Both the position numbers and the translations under genes were made by a program. Below, piece after piece: positions 11,805-21,626 of a DNA stretch of 64,000 nucleotides. The notes beneath the pieces are model-generated. The model was not told the DNA's origin, ran no database searches, and saw only the letters and a program-made list of their open reading frames with translations. Where the stretch lies: contig CAVZQN010000006.1 of the NCBI GenBank assembly GCA_963777505.1, forward strand, positions 96,001 through 160,000, in the 5' to 3' direction. Positions within the stretch are counted from its first letter, which is position 1. Every line of letters begins with the position of its first letter. The stretch is from an uncultured bacterium. Lineage in GTDB: Bacteria; Acidobacteriota; HRBIN11; JAKEFK01.

Positions 11805-13121
11805 CTAAGTAGTTTTAATCGTTTCAATTAGGGTGTTGATTTCGTTTTGCAAAATCGGATCCCTCTTTAAAGACTCCTGAATTTTATTTACGGAATGAAT
11901 AACGGTGGAATGATGTTTTCCTCCAAATACTTTTCCAATTTCAGGCAGCGAAAGTGGTGTCATCTGTTTGCAGAGAAACATTGAAACCTGCCTGGGGAGT
12001 ACGATCTTTCTTGAGTTGTCTTTTGATTTCAAAGCCTCCGCCTTTAATTGGTAGTACTGAGCAACAACTTCCATGATTAGATCCGCAGTAATGACGCGAT
12101 CTTCAGTATTGATCAAAGGTTTAAGCACTTCCTTTGCAAGCTGAAGATCAATGGCTCTACCAGTCAAGGAATGCATCGCAAGCATTCTGTTGAGGCAACC
12201 TTCCATTGTTCGAATATTGTTTTTTACACGGCTTGCAATAAACCAGGCAACATCATCGGCAAGATACGCACTCACTTTGTGAGCCTTCTTATGAAGAATG
12301 GCTACCTTTGTTTCCACATCAGGTTCCTGAATGTCTGCAATCAGGCCACCTTGAAATCTTGAATGAAGCCGCTCTCTTAATCCGGGAATTTCTCGCGGCA
12401 GCATATCGGACGCCATCACAAGTTGTTTTTGGTTTTCATAAAGTGCATTGAATGTATGAAAAAACTCTTCCTGTGTTTGAGCTTTGCCTTGCAGTTGATG
12501 AATATCATCGACAAGCAATAAGTCGGCTGTGCGGTATTTTTCTCTGAACGCTTGCGTGCGTTCTAACCGCAGCGATTTTATAAATTCATTTGTAAATTCT
12601 TCTGTGCTTATGTAAATCAGTTTCATTTTTGGATTTGCATCGTATGCAGCCAAACCGATTGCATGAAGCAAATGCGTTTTTCCAAGTCCTGAACCGCCAT
12701 AAATAAACAAAGGGTTATAGGCTCGGCTTAAGTTTGTGGCTACTGCGCGAGCTGCGGCATGGGCGAACTGATTAAAGGGTCCAGCTACGAAATCGTCAAA
12801 GGAATACCTTGGATTCAAATGAGGCGTAATCGAAGGTTCAACTTCCCTCTTTTCTTCTGCTTGAAGGGTTAGCTGAGTCGGCCCTACGCCTTCTGTCACA
12901 AAATCGATCTGAATATCTTTTAAATCGCTTTGGGCCAAAATATCCTCGATAAGGGGGATATACCTCTCTCGGATATGCTCCCGAAACCGGTCGTTTGGCA
13001 CCTTAACACGCACCTTTTTATCGTCCTGAGAAATTTCATAGGTGGGGCGGAGCCAATCGTTATAGGCTTGGGAACTGACCTTTTTTTTCAGAGATTCTAA
13101 GACAGCACTCCAGATATTCAT
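11805..13121 (-). CDS. dnaA: Chromosomal replication initiator DnaA
   Basis: YNPLFIYGGSGLGKTHL, LLVDDI, QEEFFHTFN, domain IV SLPEIGKVFGGKHHSTVIHS. Confidence 0.98.
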   Translation of the reverse strand: MNIWSAVLESLKKKVSSQAYNDWLRPTYEISQDDKKVRVKVPNDRFREHIRERYIPLIEDILAQSDLKDIQIDFVTEGVGPTQLTLQAEEKREVEPSITPHLNPRYSFDDFVAGPFNQFAHAAARAVATNLSRAYNPLFIYGGSGLGKTHLLHAIGLAAYDANPKMKLIYISTEEFTNEFIKSLRLERTQAFREKYRTADLLLVDDIHQLQGKAQTQEEFFHTFNALYENQKQLVMASDMLPREIPGLRERLHSRFQGGLIADIQEPDVETKVAILHKKAHKVSAYLADDVAWFIASRVKNNIRTMEGCLNRMLAMHSLTGRAIDLQLAKEVLKPLINTEDRVITADLIMEVVAQYYQLKAEALKSKDNSRKIVLPRQVSMFLCKQMTPLSLPEIGKVFGGKHHSTVIHSVNKIQESLKRDPILQNEINTLIETIKTT

Positions 13122-13154
13122 ATAGTGGGATCCGGCCTCCCCAATCTGCGCGAA

Positions 13155-13175
13155 ATTTCCACAGAATTTTCCACA
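13155..13175 (+). promoter_or_regulatory. Tandem DnaA boxes upstream of dnaA
   Basis: ATTTCCACA (13155-63, 1 mismatch) and TTTTCCACA (13167-75, perfect TTWTNCACA). Confidence 0.75.
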
Positions 13176-13223
13176 AATGTTGAAATTTATCGGGACGGTT
13201 CCGCATGGTGACTTGCCCTTCTG

Positions 13224-13236
13224 TAACTCCTTGATT
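13224..13236. promoter_or_regulatory. Putative IHF-binding site in the dnaA leader
   Basis: TAACTCCTTGATT is an exact match to YAANNNNTTGATW. Confidence 0.45.
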
Positions 13237-13270
13237 TTAAAGGGCTTGGATCGTGCCGGATGTACGTTAA

Positions 13271-13299
13271 ATTATACCATAACCACGAGATGGACACAA
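13271..13299 (-). promoter_or_regulatory. Putative sigma70 promoter of dnaA
   Basis: Minus strand TTGTGT-17nt-TATAAT with extended -10 TG. Confidence 0.6.
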
Positions 13300-13378
13300 G
13301 GAAAAGTTTGATTCCAAAATGCGCTGGATAATACCATTTTTCATTGGTACTATTATTACCCATAAGTGGAGAAAAATC

Positions 13379-13984
13379 ATGGGCTTACAAGCAAAGTGCA
13401 CTGCGTACCTGGATGGCAAACGTTCGATAGGAAATGCACTGCTTGAAAGCGATCAGCTCATCTTTCGTGGTGACTATCGCATAACCGTGCCATTTAAGGC
13501 CATAAAACGGCTCTCTGAGGCCGCAGGAAAGCTTTCAGTTGAGTCTGATAACCGTTTGCTTGTTCTGGACCTTGGAAAGGAAGCCAGGAAGTGGAAAGAC
13601 AAGATCACCAAGCCAAAATCGTTGCTGGAAAAGTTAGGGATAAAAAACGGGATAAAGCTGATCGTGCGAAATGTGGATGACCCTGGTTTTCTGAAAGAGT
13701 TAAAAGAAAGAGAAATTGAGTATCAGACAAGAACTTCAAAGATGTCTGACATGATTCTTCTTCAAGCTGATTCGAAAGAGAGTCTTGGTTCTGTTGGTTC
13801 TTTAGCAAAAACTCTTACAAAAAACGGAACGCTTTGGATTATTTATCCAAAAGGAAAAAAAGAAATAACACAGGAAGATATTTTCAAAGCAGGTAAATTA
13901 GCAGGTTTTGTTGATATAAAAGTCGTATCATTTTCTTCTACGCACACCGCATTGAAATTTGTCATACCTGTTTCAAAGCGGTAA
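13379..13984 (+). CDS. DUF3052-like protein
   Basis: LLEKLGIK...GTLWIIYPKG...GFVDIKVVSFSSTHTALKF resembles DUF3052; ATG at 13379 (MGLQAK) preferred over 13319. Confidence 0.65.
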   Translation: MGLQAKCTAYLDGKRSIGNALLESDQLIFRGDYRITVPFKAIKRLSEAAGKLSVESDNRLLVLDLGKEARKWKDKITKPKSLLEKLGIKNGIKLIVRNVDDPGFLKELKEREIEYQTRTSKMSDMILLQADSKESLGSVGSLAKTLTKNGTLWIIYPKGKKEITQEDIFKAGKLAGFVDIKVVSFSSTHTALKFVIPVSKR

Positions 13985-14004
13985 TTTTGCATCTCTGCGG
14001 TAAA
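13985..14004 (+). repeat. Family-A dispersed repeat (TTTTGCATCTCTGCGGTAAA)
   Basis: Occupies the 24-nt gap before polA; matches consensus. Confidence 0.6.
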
Positions 14005-14008
14005 TTTT

Positions 14009-16711
14009 ATGGATCGTACTCAACTTCAGAAAACAGGAAAACCTCGTTTGTACATCGTAGATGGCAACGGTTACCTCTACCGCGCATTTTTTGCACTTCC
14101 GAAGATGAACAACAGCAAAGGTGTGTCTACAAACGCTGTTTATGGATTTACAAACATGATCCGCAAACTGCTGATTGAAGAAAAGCCTGATTACTTTGCT
14201 GTAGCTTTCGATGGAAAGGAAAAAACTTTCCGTCATGATTCCTATCAGGACTATAAGATCGATCGTCCCGGGATGGCTGATGATCTCGTTCAGCAAATTC
14301 CATACATTCGCAGAATTTGTGAAGTGATGAATTTGCCAATCCTTGAAAAGCCAGGGTTTGAAGCTGACGATGTGATTGCCACTTTAATGGAGCAGGCAAA
14401 AGATGAAGGCATGACCGGCGTTGTGGTGACCTCAGACAAGGATTTGCTGCAGCTTGTGGGTGGCGATATTTATACGCTAGATCCGATGAAAGATTACTTT
14501 GTTTATGACGTTAAAGCTGTGGAAGAAAAATGGGGTGTACCGCCTGAACAAATTGTTGATTTACTGGCGATCACTGGAGACAGCATAGACAACATTCCAG
14601 GAGTAAAAGGGATTGGACCTAAAGGCGCGCTTGAATTAATTCAAAGATTCGGAAATGTTGAAAAGCTTCTTGAAAATATTGAAAGTGTAGAGAAAAAATC
14701 TCATCGCCAAAAAATTGAAGAAAGCCGCAAAGATTTAGTGCTTTCTAAAGACCTTGTTCAGCTCAGGCGGAATGTACCGATTGATGTAAAGATTCAATCT
14801 TTGAAAGCAGGGAAGCCTGATGTTGATGCGGCCAGAAATCTATTCCTGGATCTTGAGTTTTATTCAATCTTGAATGATTACCTCACGAAGATTGCCTCCA
14901 GAGGCGCGTGTTACGAGATCATTGATTCTGAAGCAAAACTCGATTCACTGGTTCAGAAGCTTTCTGCGGCTGAACGGATTGCATTGTTTTGTCAAATTGC
15001 GCCAGAGACAAGGTTTCGTGGTCCGTTAATTGGAATCTCAGTCAGTATTGATTCAAAAGCCGGCTGGTATATTCCGGTCGGTCATGCAACGGGGTTAAAC
15101 GACGCTGAGCAAATTCCGTTAAAAACAGTGCTTGAACGTTTCCGTACCGTTCTCGAAAGTGATCATCCGATAAAGACCGCCTTTAATTTAAAGAACCAGA
15201 TATTGATCCTGCGTAATCATGGAATTGAATTAAAAGGTGGTCAATACGATCCAATGGTTCAATCGTATGTCTTGAATCCGACACGGCATGCTCACCGAAT
15301 GGAAGATCTTGCAAAAGAATACATTCAGTACCAGTCAATGGTCTGGAAAGATTTTGCAGGCACTGGACAAAAACTCAAACCAGCTGCCGAACTGAATATG
15401 CGCGTGCTCGCGGATTTCGGATGCGAATTCACAGACATGGCTCTCGAAGTTACTCGCAACCTGGAAGCAGATTTAGAAAAACAAGGGCTGGACCGCTTTT
15501 ACTTTGATGTTGAACAGCCATTAATCCGCGTTCTTGCAGAAGTTGAATGGAATGGCGTCAAGATTGATTTGAAAACTTTGGAACGGCTTTCTCAAGAGAT
15601 GGGAAAGAATCTCGATCGTTTAGTTGCTGAAATTTATGAACTGGCGGGCGGTGAGTTCAATATCAATTCGCCAAAACAAATCGGTGAAGTTTTGTTTGAA
15701 CGGTTAAAACTTCCGATGGTGAAGAAGACTCGCAAGACCCGCGATTTCAGCACAAGCGTTGAAGTGCTTGAAGAACTTGCTCAAGACTACGAGTTGCCGC
15801 AAAAAATTCTTGAATACCGTCAATTCACAAAACTGAAATCAACATATGTTGACGCTCTTCCTTTGCTGATGGATCGACACGGTCGCGTGCATACGGATTA
15901 TCAACAGACTGTCGCTGCAACAGGTCGTTTAAGCAGCACCGATCCAAATCTGCAAAATATTCCAATCCGTACACCATGGGGAAGATTAATACGTGATGCA
16001 TTTATTGCGGATGAAGGAAATTGGTTGATCTCCGCAGATTATTCACAAATTGAACTGCGTGTTATGGCGCATCTTTCGAACGATGAAACTTTGATCGATT
16101 CATTTATGAAGAACGAAGACATTCATGCGCGTACGGCATCCGAAGTTTTTGGGGTGCCAATGGAGCAGATGACCAAAGACATTCGAAATCGCGCGAAAGC
16201 GATCAACTACGGAATCAATTACGGTCAGAGCCCTTTTGGATTATCACAGCTTCTTGGAATCGATCAGAAGGAAGCCAAACAATATATTGACCGATATTTT
16301 GAGAAGTACGCGAAAATAAAAGCTTATCTTGAAAGCACTTTGGAATTTGTTCGTGAGCATGGTTATGTCACGACTCTTTTTGGCCGGCGTCGTTATATTC
16401 CTGAAATTCGCAGCCGTGACCGGATGGTATTCCTTGCGGCACAACGAGCTGCAATTAATACTCCACTCCAAGGAACTGCCGCAGATATCATTAAGCTAGC
16501 AATGATTTCAATTCAGAATGAGCTTGAAAAAAGCAAATCATCTGCCCGGATGATCATGCAGGTACACGATGAACTTGTATTCGAAGTGAGTGATGCGGAA
16601 AAGCATGACGTCTCAGAAATGGTCAGGGAGAAGATGGAAAATGTTCATAAGCTTGTTGTTCCACTCACAGTAGACTTAAGTATCGGAAAAAATTGGCGCG
16701 AAGCTAAGTAG
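14009..16711 (+). CDS. polA: DNA polymerase I
   Basis: 5'-3' exonuclease (VDGNGYLYRAFF, EADDVI, GDSIDNIPGVKGIG); polymerase motifs TGRLSS, ADYSQIELR, KAINYG, QVHDEL. Confidence 0.98.
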   Translation: MDRTQLQKTGKPRLYIVDGNGYLYRAFFALPKMNNSKGVSTNAVYGFTNMIRKLLIEEKPDYFAVAFDGKEKTFRHDSYQDYKIDRPGMADDLVQQIPYIRRICEVMNLPILEKPGFEADDVIATLMEQAKDEGMTGVVVTSDKDLLQLVGGDIYTLDPMKDYFVYDVKAVEEKWGVPPEQIVDLLAITGDSIDNIPGVKGIGPKGALELIQRFGNVEKLLENIESVEKKSHRQKIEESRKDLVLSKDLVQLRRNVPIDVKIQSLKAGKPDVDAARNLFLDLEFYSILNDYLTKIASRGACYEIIDSEAKLDSLVQKLSAAERIALFCQIAPETRFRGPLIGISVSIDSKAGWYIPVGHATGLNDAEQIPLKTVLERFRTVLESDHPIKTAFNLKNQILILRNHGIELKGGQYDPMVQSYVLNPTRHAHRMEDLAKEYIQYQSMVWKDFAGTGQKLKPAAELNMRVLADFGCEFTDMALEVTRNLEADLEKQGLDRFYFDVEQPLIRVLAEVEWNGVKIDLKTLERLSQEMGKNLDRLVAEIYELAGGEFNINSPKQIGEVLFERLKLPMVKKTRKTRDFSTSVEVLEELAQDYELPQKILEYRQFTKLKSTYVDALPLLMDRHGRVHTDYQQTVAATGRLSSTDPNLQNIPIRTPWGRLIRDAFIADEGNWLISADYSQIELRVMAHLSNDETLIDSFMKNEDIHARTASEVFGVPMEQMTKDIRNRAKAINYGINYGQSPFGLSQLLGIDQKEAKQYIDRYFEKYAKIKAYLESTLEFVREHGYVTTLFGRRRYIPEIRSRDRMVFLAAQRAAINTPLQGTAADIIKLAMISIQNELEKSKSSARMIMQVHDELVFEVSDAEKHDVSEMVREKMENVHKLVVPLTVDLSIGKNWREAK

Positions 16712-16741
16712 TGGATGAGTTGGTTGTAGCTTCGCGTGACC

Positions 16742-16774
16742 GCAGGGGAGCGGAGGAGCAGGGGAGCAAGGGAG
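16742..16774 (+). repeat. G-rich 8-nt tandem repeat (GCAGGGGA GCGGAGGA GCAGGGGA GCAAGGGA G)
   Basis: Four adjacent degenerate units ending just before the pepP start codon. Confidence 0.7.
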
Positions 16775-16781
16775 AAATGGT

Positions 16782-18245
16782 ATGAAAAGTTGGATTCTGG
16801 GACTGTTATTTTTGGTTCTTTTTTGTTTTCAAAGTTGGGGTGTGGATAAGGAACTAAAAGCGGATCTTGTGAAGCGTCGCGCGGAACTTGCTTCCAGGAT
16901 TGGCGACAACGGAATGCTCATTGTTTTTAGTGCACCGGAACGCCCCAAGACCGGCGATGTTTTTTATGAGTATCGCCAATCAAATAATTTGTACTATCTA
17001 ACAGGCATCACGCAATCAGAAACAACACTTGTGCTGATGCCCGGAAATGCTACGAGAAAAGAAATCATCTTTGTTAAAGAACGAAATCCTGAACGAGAAA
17101 CATGGACAGGAAAAATTTTGAGCCGTGATGAAGTCAAAGAAATATCAGGCATTCAAAATGTTTACAACAGTTCCGAATTTGAAACATTTATGAGCACGAT
17201 TTTGAACTTGCAACCATACGATTTGCCTCGTTATGGGCTTTCAACGGAGTACGACAAGTTTTTTGAAAATCTTAAAAACACTCAGGCCAATATTCATTTA
17301 ATCTTAGAAGATGAACAAACATTATCGGGTGATTTGACGGGTAACTCTGACTTCGCTAAGCGGCTAAAGGAGCGATTCATTGGTTTTACAATTCGAAATG
17401 CATGGCCTGATTTGACTGAAATGCGGCAGGTGAAATCGCCGTATGAAATCAAGATCCTGAAGATCGCAGCGGATATTACAGCCGATGCACTCCTTCGCGC
17501 TTATAAGACAACCAAACCTGGTGTCTGGGAGTATGAGGTTGAATCAGTCGTAGAAGAAACGTACAAACGAAGAAACGCATTTGATTGGGGATTTCCATCG
17601 ATCATTGCTTCAGGATCCAATGCAACGACTCTTCACTATGAAGCCAATCAAATGCAGATGAAAGCCGGGGAGTTGTTGTTAATGGATGTCGGTGCCGAAT
17701 ATCAGTTCTATACGGCTGATATAACCAGGACAATTCCAGTAAACGGAAAATTCTCGCCGGAACAAACAGAGGTATATAACATTGTTTTGCAAGCTCAAGA
17801 AGCAGCTTTGAAGGCAATCAAGCCTGGCGTGAAATTACCCGATGTTCATAAAGCAGGAACAGAAGTTGTAAAAGAGGGTTTGAAGAAACTTGGTCTGATA
17901 ACAGATACAACTGGAGATCAACACAAGATCTGGTTCATGCATGGCGTAAGCCATTGGCTGGGAATGGATGTGCATGATACTGGAGATCGCGCACGGGCGC
18001 TTGAGCCGGGAATGGCATTTACAGTTGAACCTGGAATTTATATTCGGGAAGACGCGCTTGACCATCTGCCGCGAACTTCAGAAAACGAAAAATTTATCGC
18101 TGCAGTAAAGCCAGCATTTGAAAAGTACAAAAATATCGGCATCAGAATCGAAGATGATGTGGTTGTAACCACAAACGGTTATGAAAACATTTCCAGCAAA
18201 GTTCCCCGAACAATTTCAGAAATTGAAAAAGTGATGAAAGACTAA
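16782..18245 (+). CDS. pepP: Xaa-Pro aminopeptidase (aminopeptidase P), with signal peptide
   Basis: AMP_N YRQSNNLYYLTG; M24 motifs LHY, DVGAE, ADITRT, HGVSHWLGMDVHD, TVEPGIY, GIRIEDD. Confidence 0.9.
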   Translation: MKSWILGLLFLVLFCFQSWGVDKELKADLVKRRAELASRIGDNGMLIVFSAPERPKTGDVFYEYRQSNNLYYLTGITQSETTLVLMPGNATRKEIIFVKERNPERETWTGKILSRDEVKEISGIQNVYNSSEFETFMSTILNLQPYDLPRYGLSTEYDKFFENLKNTQANIHLILEDEQTLSGDLTGNSDFAKRLKERFIGFTIRNAWPDLTEMRQVKSPYEIKILKIAADITADALLRAYKTTKPGVWEYEVESVVEETYKRRNAFDWGFPSIIASGSNATTLHYEANQMQMKAGELLLMDVGAEYQFYTADITRTIPVNGKFSPEQTEVYNIVLQAQEAALKAIKPGVKLPDVHKAGTEVVKEGLKKLGLITDTTGDQHKIWFMHGVSHWLGMDVHDTGDRARALEPGMAFTVEPGIYIREDALDHLPRTSENEKFIAAVKPAFEKYKNIGIRIEDDVVVTTNGYENISSKVPRTISEIEKVMKD

Positions 18246-18261
18246 TCACAGAGTCGCAAAG
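18243..18261 (-). repeat. Family-A dispersed repeat, degenerate (minus strand CTTTGCGACTCTGTGATTA)
   Basis: Fills the gap between pepP and the MBL gene. Confidence 0.45.
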
Positions 18262-18921
18262 ATGGCTTGGCAAATTGATTGCGTTGTTGTTGGTCCAATT
18301 CAATGTAATTGTTATATCCTTTCGGATTCCATTACACGACAGGCTTACCTGATTGATCCAGGTGCAGAATCCAAACAACTCTTGAGCTTCCTGGATAAGA
18401 AGAAGTTTGATCTGAAAGCGGCATTGATCACGCATGCTCATCTGGATCATGTCGGTGGAATTCAAACGCTTCAGTCTTCGTTTCCGCTCCCGGTTTTTTA
18501 TCATGCAGGCGATCAACCGTTATATACGAATTTGGAAATGCAGGCTTCCTTATTCGGATTCAGCTTAAGCCAACTTCAAGCTTCTCAACCAACGGTGGGG
18601 GAATCTTCTTTACAACATGAACAGGAGTTTCCTTTTTCGTCGGGTGCACTCCAGGTCATACATACGCCAGGACACACTCCAGGCAGTGTTTGTTTTCACG
18701 CAAAAGGGGAGATGCAGGCGTTGTTTACTGGAGATACTTTATTTGAAGGATCGATCGGAAGAACCGATCTCTGGGGCGGATCATTTGAACAAATAATGGA
18801 TTCAATTCGCAACAGATTATTGACTCTTGATGATGATTTATCTGTTCTACCTGGCCATGGGGCTTCCACAACGATCGGAGAAGAGCGAGAAAACAATCCA
18901 TTTCTTCAACGCCGAAGTTAG
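18262..18921 (+). CDS. MBL-fold metallo-hydrolase (glyoxalase II / YcbL-GloC-like)
   Basis: THAHLDHVGG, HTPGHTPGS, FTGDTLF, GRTDL, PGHG. Confidence 0.92.
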   Translation: MAWQIDCVVVGPIQCNCYILSDSITRQAYLIDPGAESKQLLSFLDKKKFDLKAALITHAHLDHVGGIQTLQSSFPLPVFYHAGDQPLYTNLEMQASLFGFSLSQLQASQPTVGESSLQHEQEFPFSSGALQVIHTPGHTPGSVCFHAKGEMQALFTGDTLFEGSIGRTDLWGGSFEQIMDSIRNRLLTLDDDLSVLPGHGASTTIGEERENNPFLQRRS

Positions 18922-18931
18922 AAAAAAGAAA

Positions 18932-20365
18932 TCATTTGTGAACATAAATGTAATAGCCGTCGAGGCGCCCTGCTAATTTATATTCTTCATTAGCTGTTTT
19001 AAGTACACTCGTTGGAATTCGTGTTACGCGCTGCCATGTCATAGGATGTTCAAAAGGGTTCGTCATAATGAAAAATTCAACCCTGCCTTGTTTTAAAATT
19101 GACAATAATTCGGCAGAGTTCCACTCACCAGTTTTTTCGAGATAGCTATACGGAAATGGCTCGACAAGAAACGGATGCTGCGAAGCAAGAGATATTCGGG
19201 GATTATCGCTGATTACAATACCTTTTGCGTCACTTGCTAACTTCCGTACTTTTTCATCATGTTGAAAATGGATTCCTTTCAATGAGTGAACCATAAAGTT
19301 GATTTGAGGCAAAATCAAAATCGCAAATATTGTAGCCAGGAGAGTTCTGGAAGGGGACATTGTTTGTAGGTTCCGGCGTAATGCTTCTGGAATGAGCAGG
19401 CATCCTGCTGCGAGAGGTTCGAGGAAATAGTTTGCGCTGGATCCTGATTTGGCGGAAGTAAATAGTGCCCAAACTAAAGGAAGCAAAAAGTAAATTGAAG
19501 GTAGATTTTTCCAAAACTGACTTTTCAACCCCGAAAAACTGAGTATGAAAACAAGAGTTGCACTTTGAAAGGCTAATATAGTCACCAGCCTGACATTGAT
19601 AAAACTCATCGGTGCAATGTTAGAACCTACAATATTCAGGGTACTCATTCCGCCGGTGAGTTGATGCAGTCCAAACCAAATCACGATAATTGAGAAAGAA
19701 ATCAAAGCAAAGAAGAGGATCGCCTCACGATATTTCTTGTTTACAAGAAGATAAAGAAAAGTTGCTGCTAAACCGCTGACCAGTGTCTGTTTGGTATAAA
19801 AGGCGAGAACAAAAAGCGGTATGCTCAGATATAGCCCACGCTTTCCACAGTGAGCAACTATCAATACTCCGGCAATTGAAAATAATACTCCTGGCAGATC
19901 AGCACGATTTGTGCAAGCTGTGGGCCAAAGAAGATAACTTCCCAGGAATATCAAAGCAGAAAGAAAAGACAAATTTCTGTTTGCTGTAATCCGCTGAGAA
20001 TTCCAGTAAATTAACGCCGCCAGAATCAGTGCGAAGCCAATCATAAGCTGGCGACCTCTGGTAAAAAGTTGGTCCACATCAAGCGAGAACAAATTCTTAA
20101 CTCCCGCCAGGATGAAATAATACACAGGCGTATATGGAGTTAAATTGTAGGGCGGACGACGAAAATCGGTATAAAGCGGTTTTCCTTCAGCGAGATTTTG
20201 AGCATGAAGAATAAAAAGACTTTCCGGAACCGATGTTTCTCCCGGATTTGAAGTTTGAACCCATAAATGAGCAAGGTTTAAAGCGGCTACAACAATGGTT
20301 AAGCCAAAAAGAAAATAGATGAGATATTTTTCTGAAGTCTTTGATGAACTTTCCAGTTGGGTCAA
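18932..20365 (-). CDS. Polytopic GT-C-fold (ArnT/PMT-like) glycosyltransferase
   Basis: Multiple TM helices, acidic residues after TM1, YTPVYY, RAD, TKQT motifs, soluble C-terminal tail. Confidence 0.6.
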   Translation of the reverse strand: MTQLESSSKTSEKYLIYFLFGLTIVVAALNLAHLWVQTSNPGETSVPESLFILHAQNLAEGKPLYTDFRRPPYNLTPYTPVYYFILAGVKNLFSLDVDQLFTRGRQLMIGFALILAALIYWNSQRITANRNLSFLSALIFLGSYLLWPTACTNRADLPGVLFSIAGVLIVAHCGKRGLYLSIPLFVLAFYTKQTLVSGLAATFLYLLVNKKYREAILFFALISFSIIVIWFGLHQLTGGMSTLNIVGSNIAPMSFINVRLVTILAFQSATLVFILSFSGLKSQFWKNLPSIYFLLPLVWALFTSAKSGSSANYFLEPLAAGCLLIPEALRRNLQTMSPSRTLLATIFAILILPQINFMVHSLKGIHFQHDEKVRKLASDAKGIVISDNPRISLASQHPFLVEPFPYSYLEKTGEWNSAELLSILKQGRVEFFIMTNPFEHPMTWQRVTRIPTSVLKTANEEYKLAGRLDGYYIYVHK

Positions 20366-21531
20366 CGTGACAGCTTGTCCCGCGTCTTCTTTAATAACTC
20401 TACGGCGTTTCGTAATGTTTCCATTTTCTTCGGAAAGCCAAAACGTATTTTTCGAGAACCATTTTTTGAATTGCTATAAAAGCTGGATCCTGGTACAGCG
20501 GCAACACCTACATCTTTCACGAGTGCACGTGCAAATGATGTATCATCGGCAAATTCAAAATTGGTTATATCAGTCATGATGTAGTATGCGCCATAAGGTT
20601 TGTAGCAAACAAATCCTGATTCCTCTAATCCGCGCATAAGAAAATCGCGTCGTTCCAGATATTCAACTCGAAGTTTTTCGTAATACGAATCATCGAATCG
20701 CATCGCGACTGCCACAGCTTCCTGAAGCGGAGCAGGCGCGCCGACAGTAAGGAAGTCATGAACTTTGCGAATTGCTGAAGTGAACGACTCGCTCGCAATT
20801 GCGTATCCGACTCTCCAACCTGTTACGCTGTACGTCTTTGAGGCTGCATTAATCGTAACGGTTCGATCCGCCATGCCTTCCAGCGTCGCAATGCTGATAT
20901 GCTCTCTGCCTTCGTAAACGATGTGTTCATAAATTTCATCTGTGATCGCAACAACATCCCATTTCCGGCACAATCCAGAAATGAAATTCAGTTCCTCGCG
21001 GCTGAATACTTTCCCAGTCGGATTGTTTGGGGTATTGAGAATGATTGCCCGAGTATTGTTATTAAACAAACTTTCGAGTTCAGCGAAATCAAAATTCCAA
21101 TCAGGTTCGCGCAAAGAAATAAATCGTGGTAAGGCTCCGGATAAAATTGCATCGGGTCCGTAGTTTTCGTAAAAGGGCTCAAATACGATGACTTCTTCGC
21201 CGGGATTTACAAGAGCCAGAACTGTGGAGATCATGGCTTCGGTGGATCCGCATGTAACGGTTACATTCTTTTCAGGATCGACTTTTATTCCGTTATAACG
21301 CGCAGTTTTTTCTGCGATCGCATTTCGCAGGTTTTTGGATCCCCATGTAATTGCATATTGATTGATGTCATCATGAATCGCTTTGCAGGCCGCTTCCTTC
21401 ATCGCTTCAGGACATGAAAAATCGGGAAAGCCTTGCGCAAGATTAATCCCGTTATGCTGCTGACACAGTCGTGTCATCTCACGGATAACCGATTCAGTAA
21501 ACTGCTGCGACTTTTGCGAAATTTTAGGCAT
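20362..21531 (-). CDS. PLP-dependent aminotransferase class I/II (YbdL/kynurenine aminotransferase-like)
   Basis: INLAQGFPDF, NTPNNPTGKV, DEIYEH, SKTYSVTGWRVGY. Confidence 0.92.
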   Translation of the reverse strand: MPKISQKSQQFTESVIREMTRLCQQHNGINLAQGFPDFSCPEAMKEAACKAIHDDINQYAITWGSKNLRNAIAEKTARYNGIKVDPEKNVTVTCGSTEAMISTVLALVNPGEEVIVFEPFYENYGPDAILSGALPRFISLREPDWNFDFAELESLFNNNTRAIILNTPNNPTGKVFSREELNFISGLCRKWDVVAITDEIYEHIVYEGREHISIATLEGMADRTVTINAASKTYSVTGWRVGYAIASESFTSAIRKVHDFLTVGAPAPLQEAVAVAMRFDDSYYEKLRVEYLERRDFLMRGLEESGFVCYKPYGAYYIMTDITNFEFADDTSFARALVKDVGVAAVPGSSFYSNSKNGSRKIRFGFPKKMETLRNAVELLKKTRDKLSR

Positions 21532-21543
21532 GTGAATTTACGT

Positions 21544-21613
21544 TTGTAGTAGTGCCGTTCCGAGCGCTTTACGGCACTGCCTCGCATTCGCTCGGCTGCG
21601 TGCCTTACTACAA
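21544..21613. repeat. Family-B GTAG-type REP doublet (inverted pair, REPIN-like)
   Basis: Termini TTGTAGTA...TACTACAA; internal hairpin AGTGCCGT/ACGGCACT; reverse complement of 21570-21611 matches 55176-55217 at 38/42. Confidence 0.8.
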
Positions 21614-21626
21614 GTCCTGTAACCTT

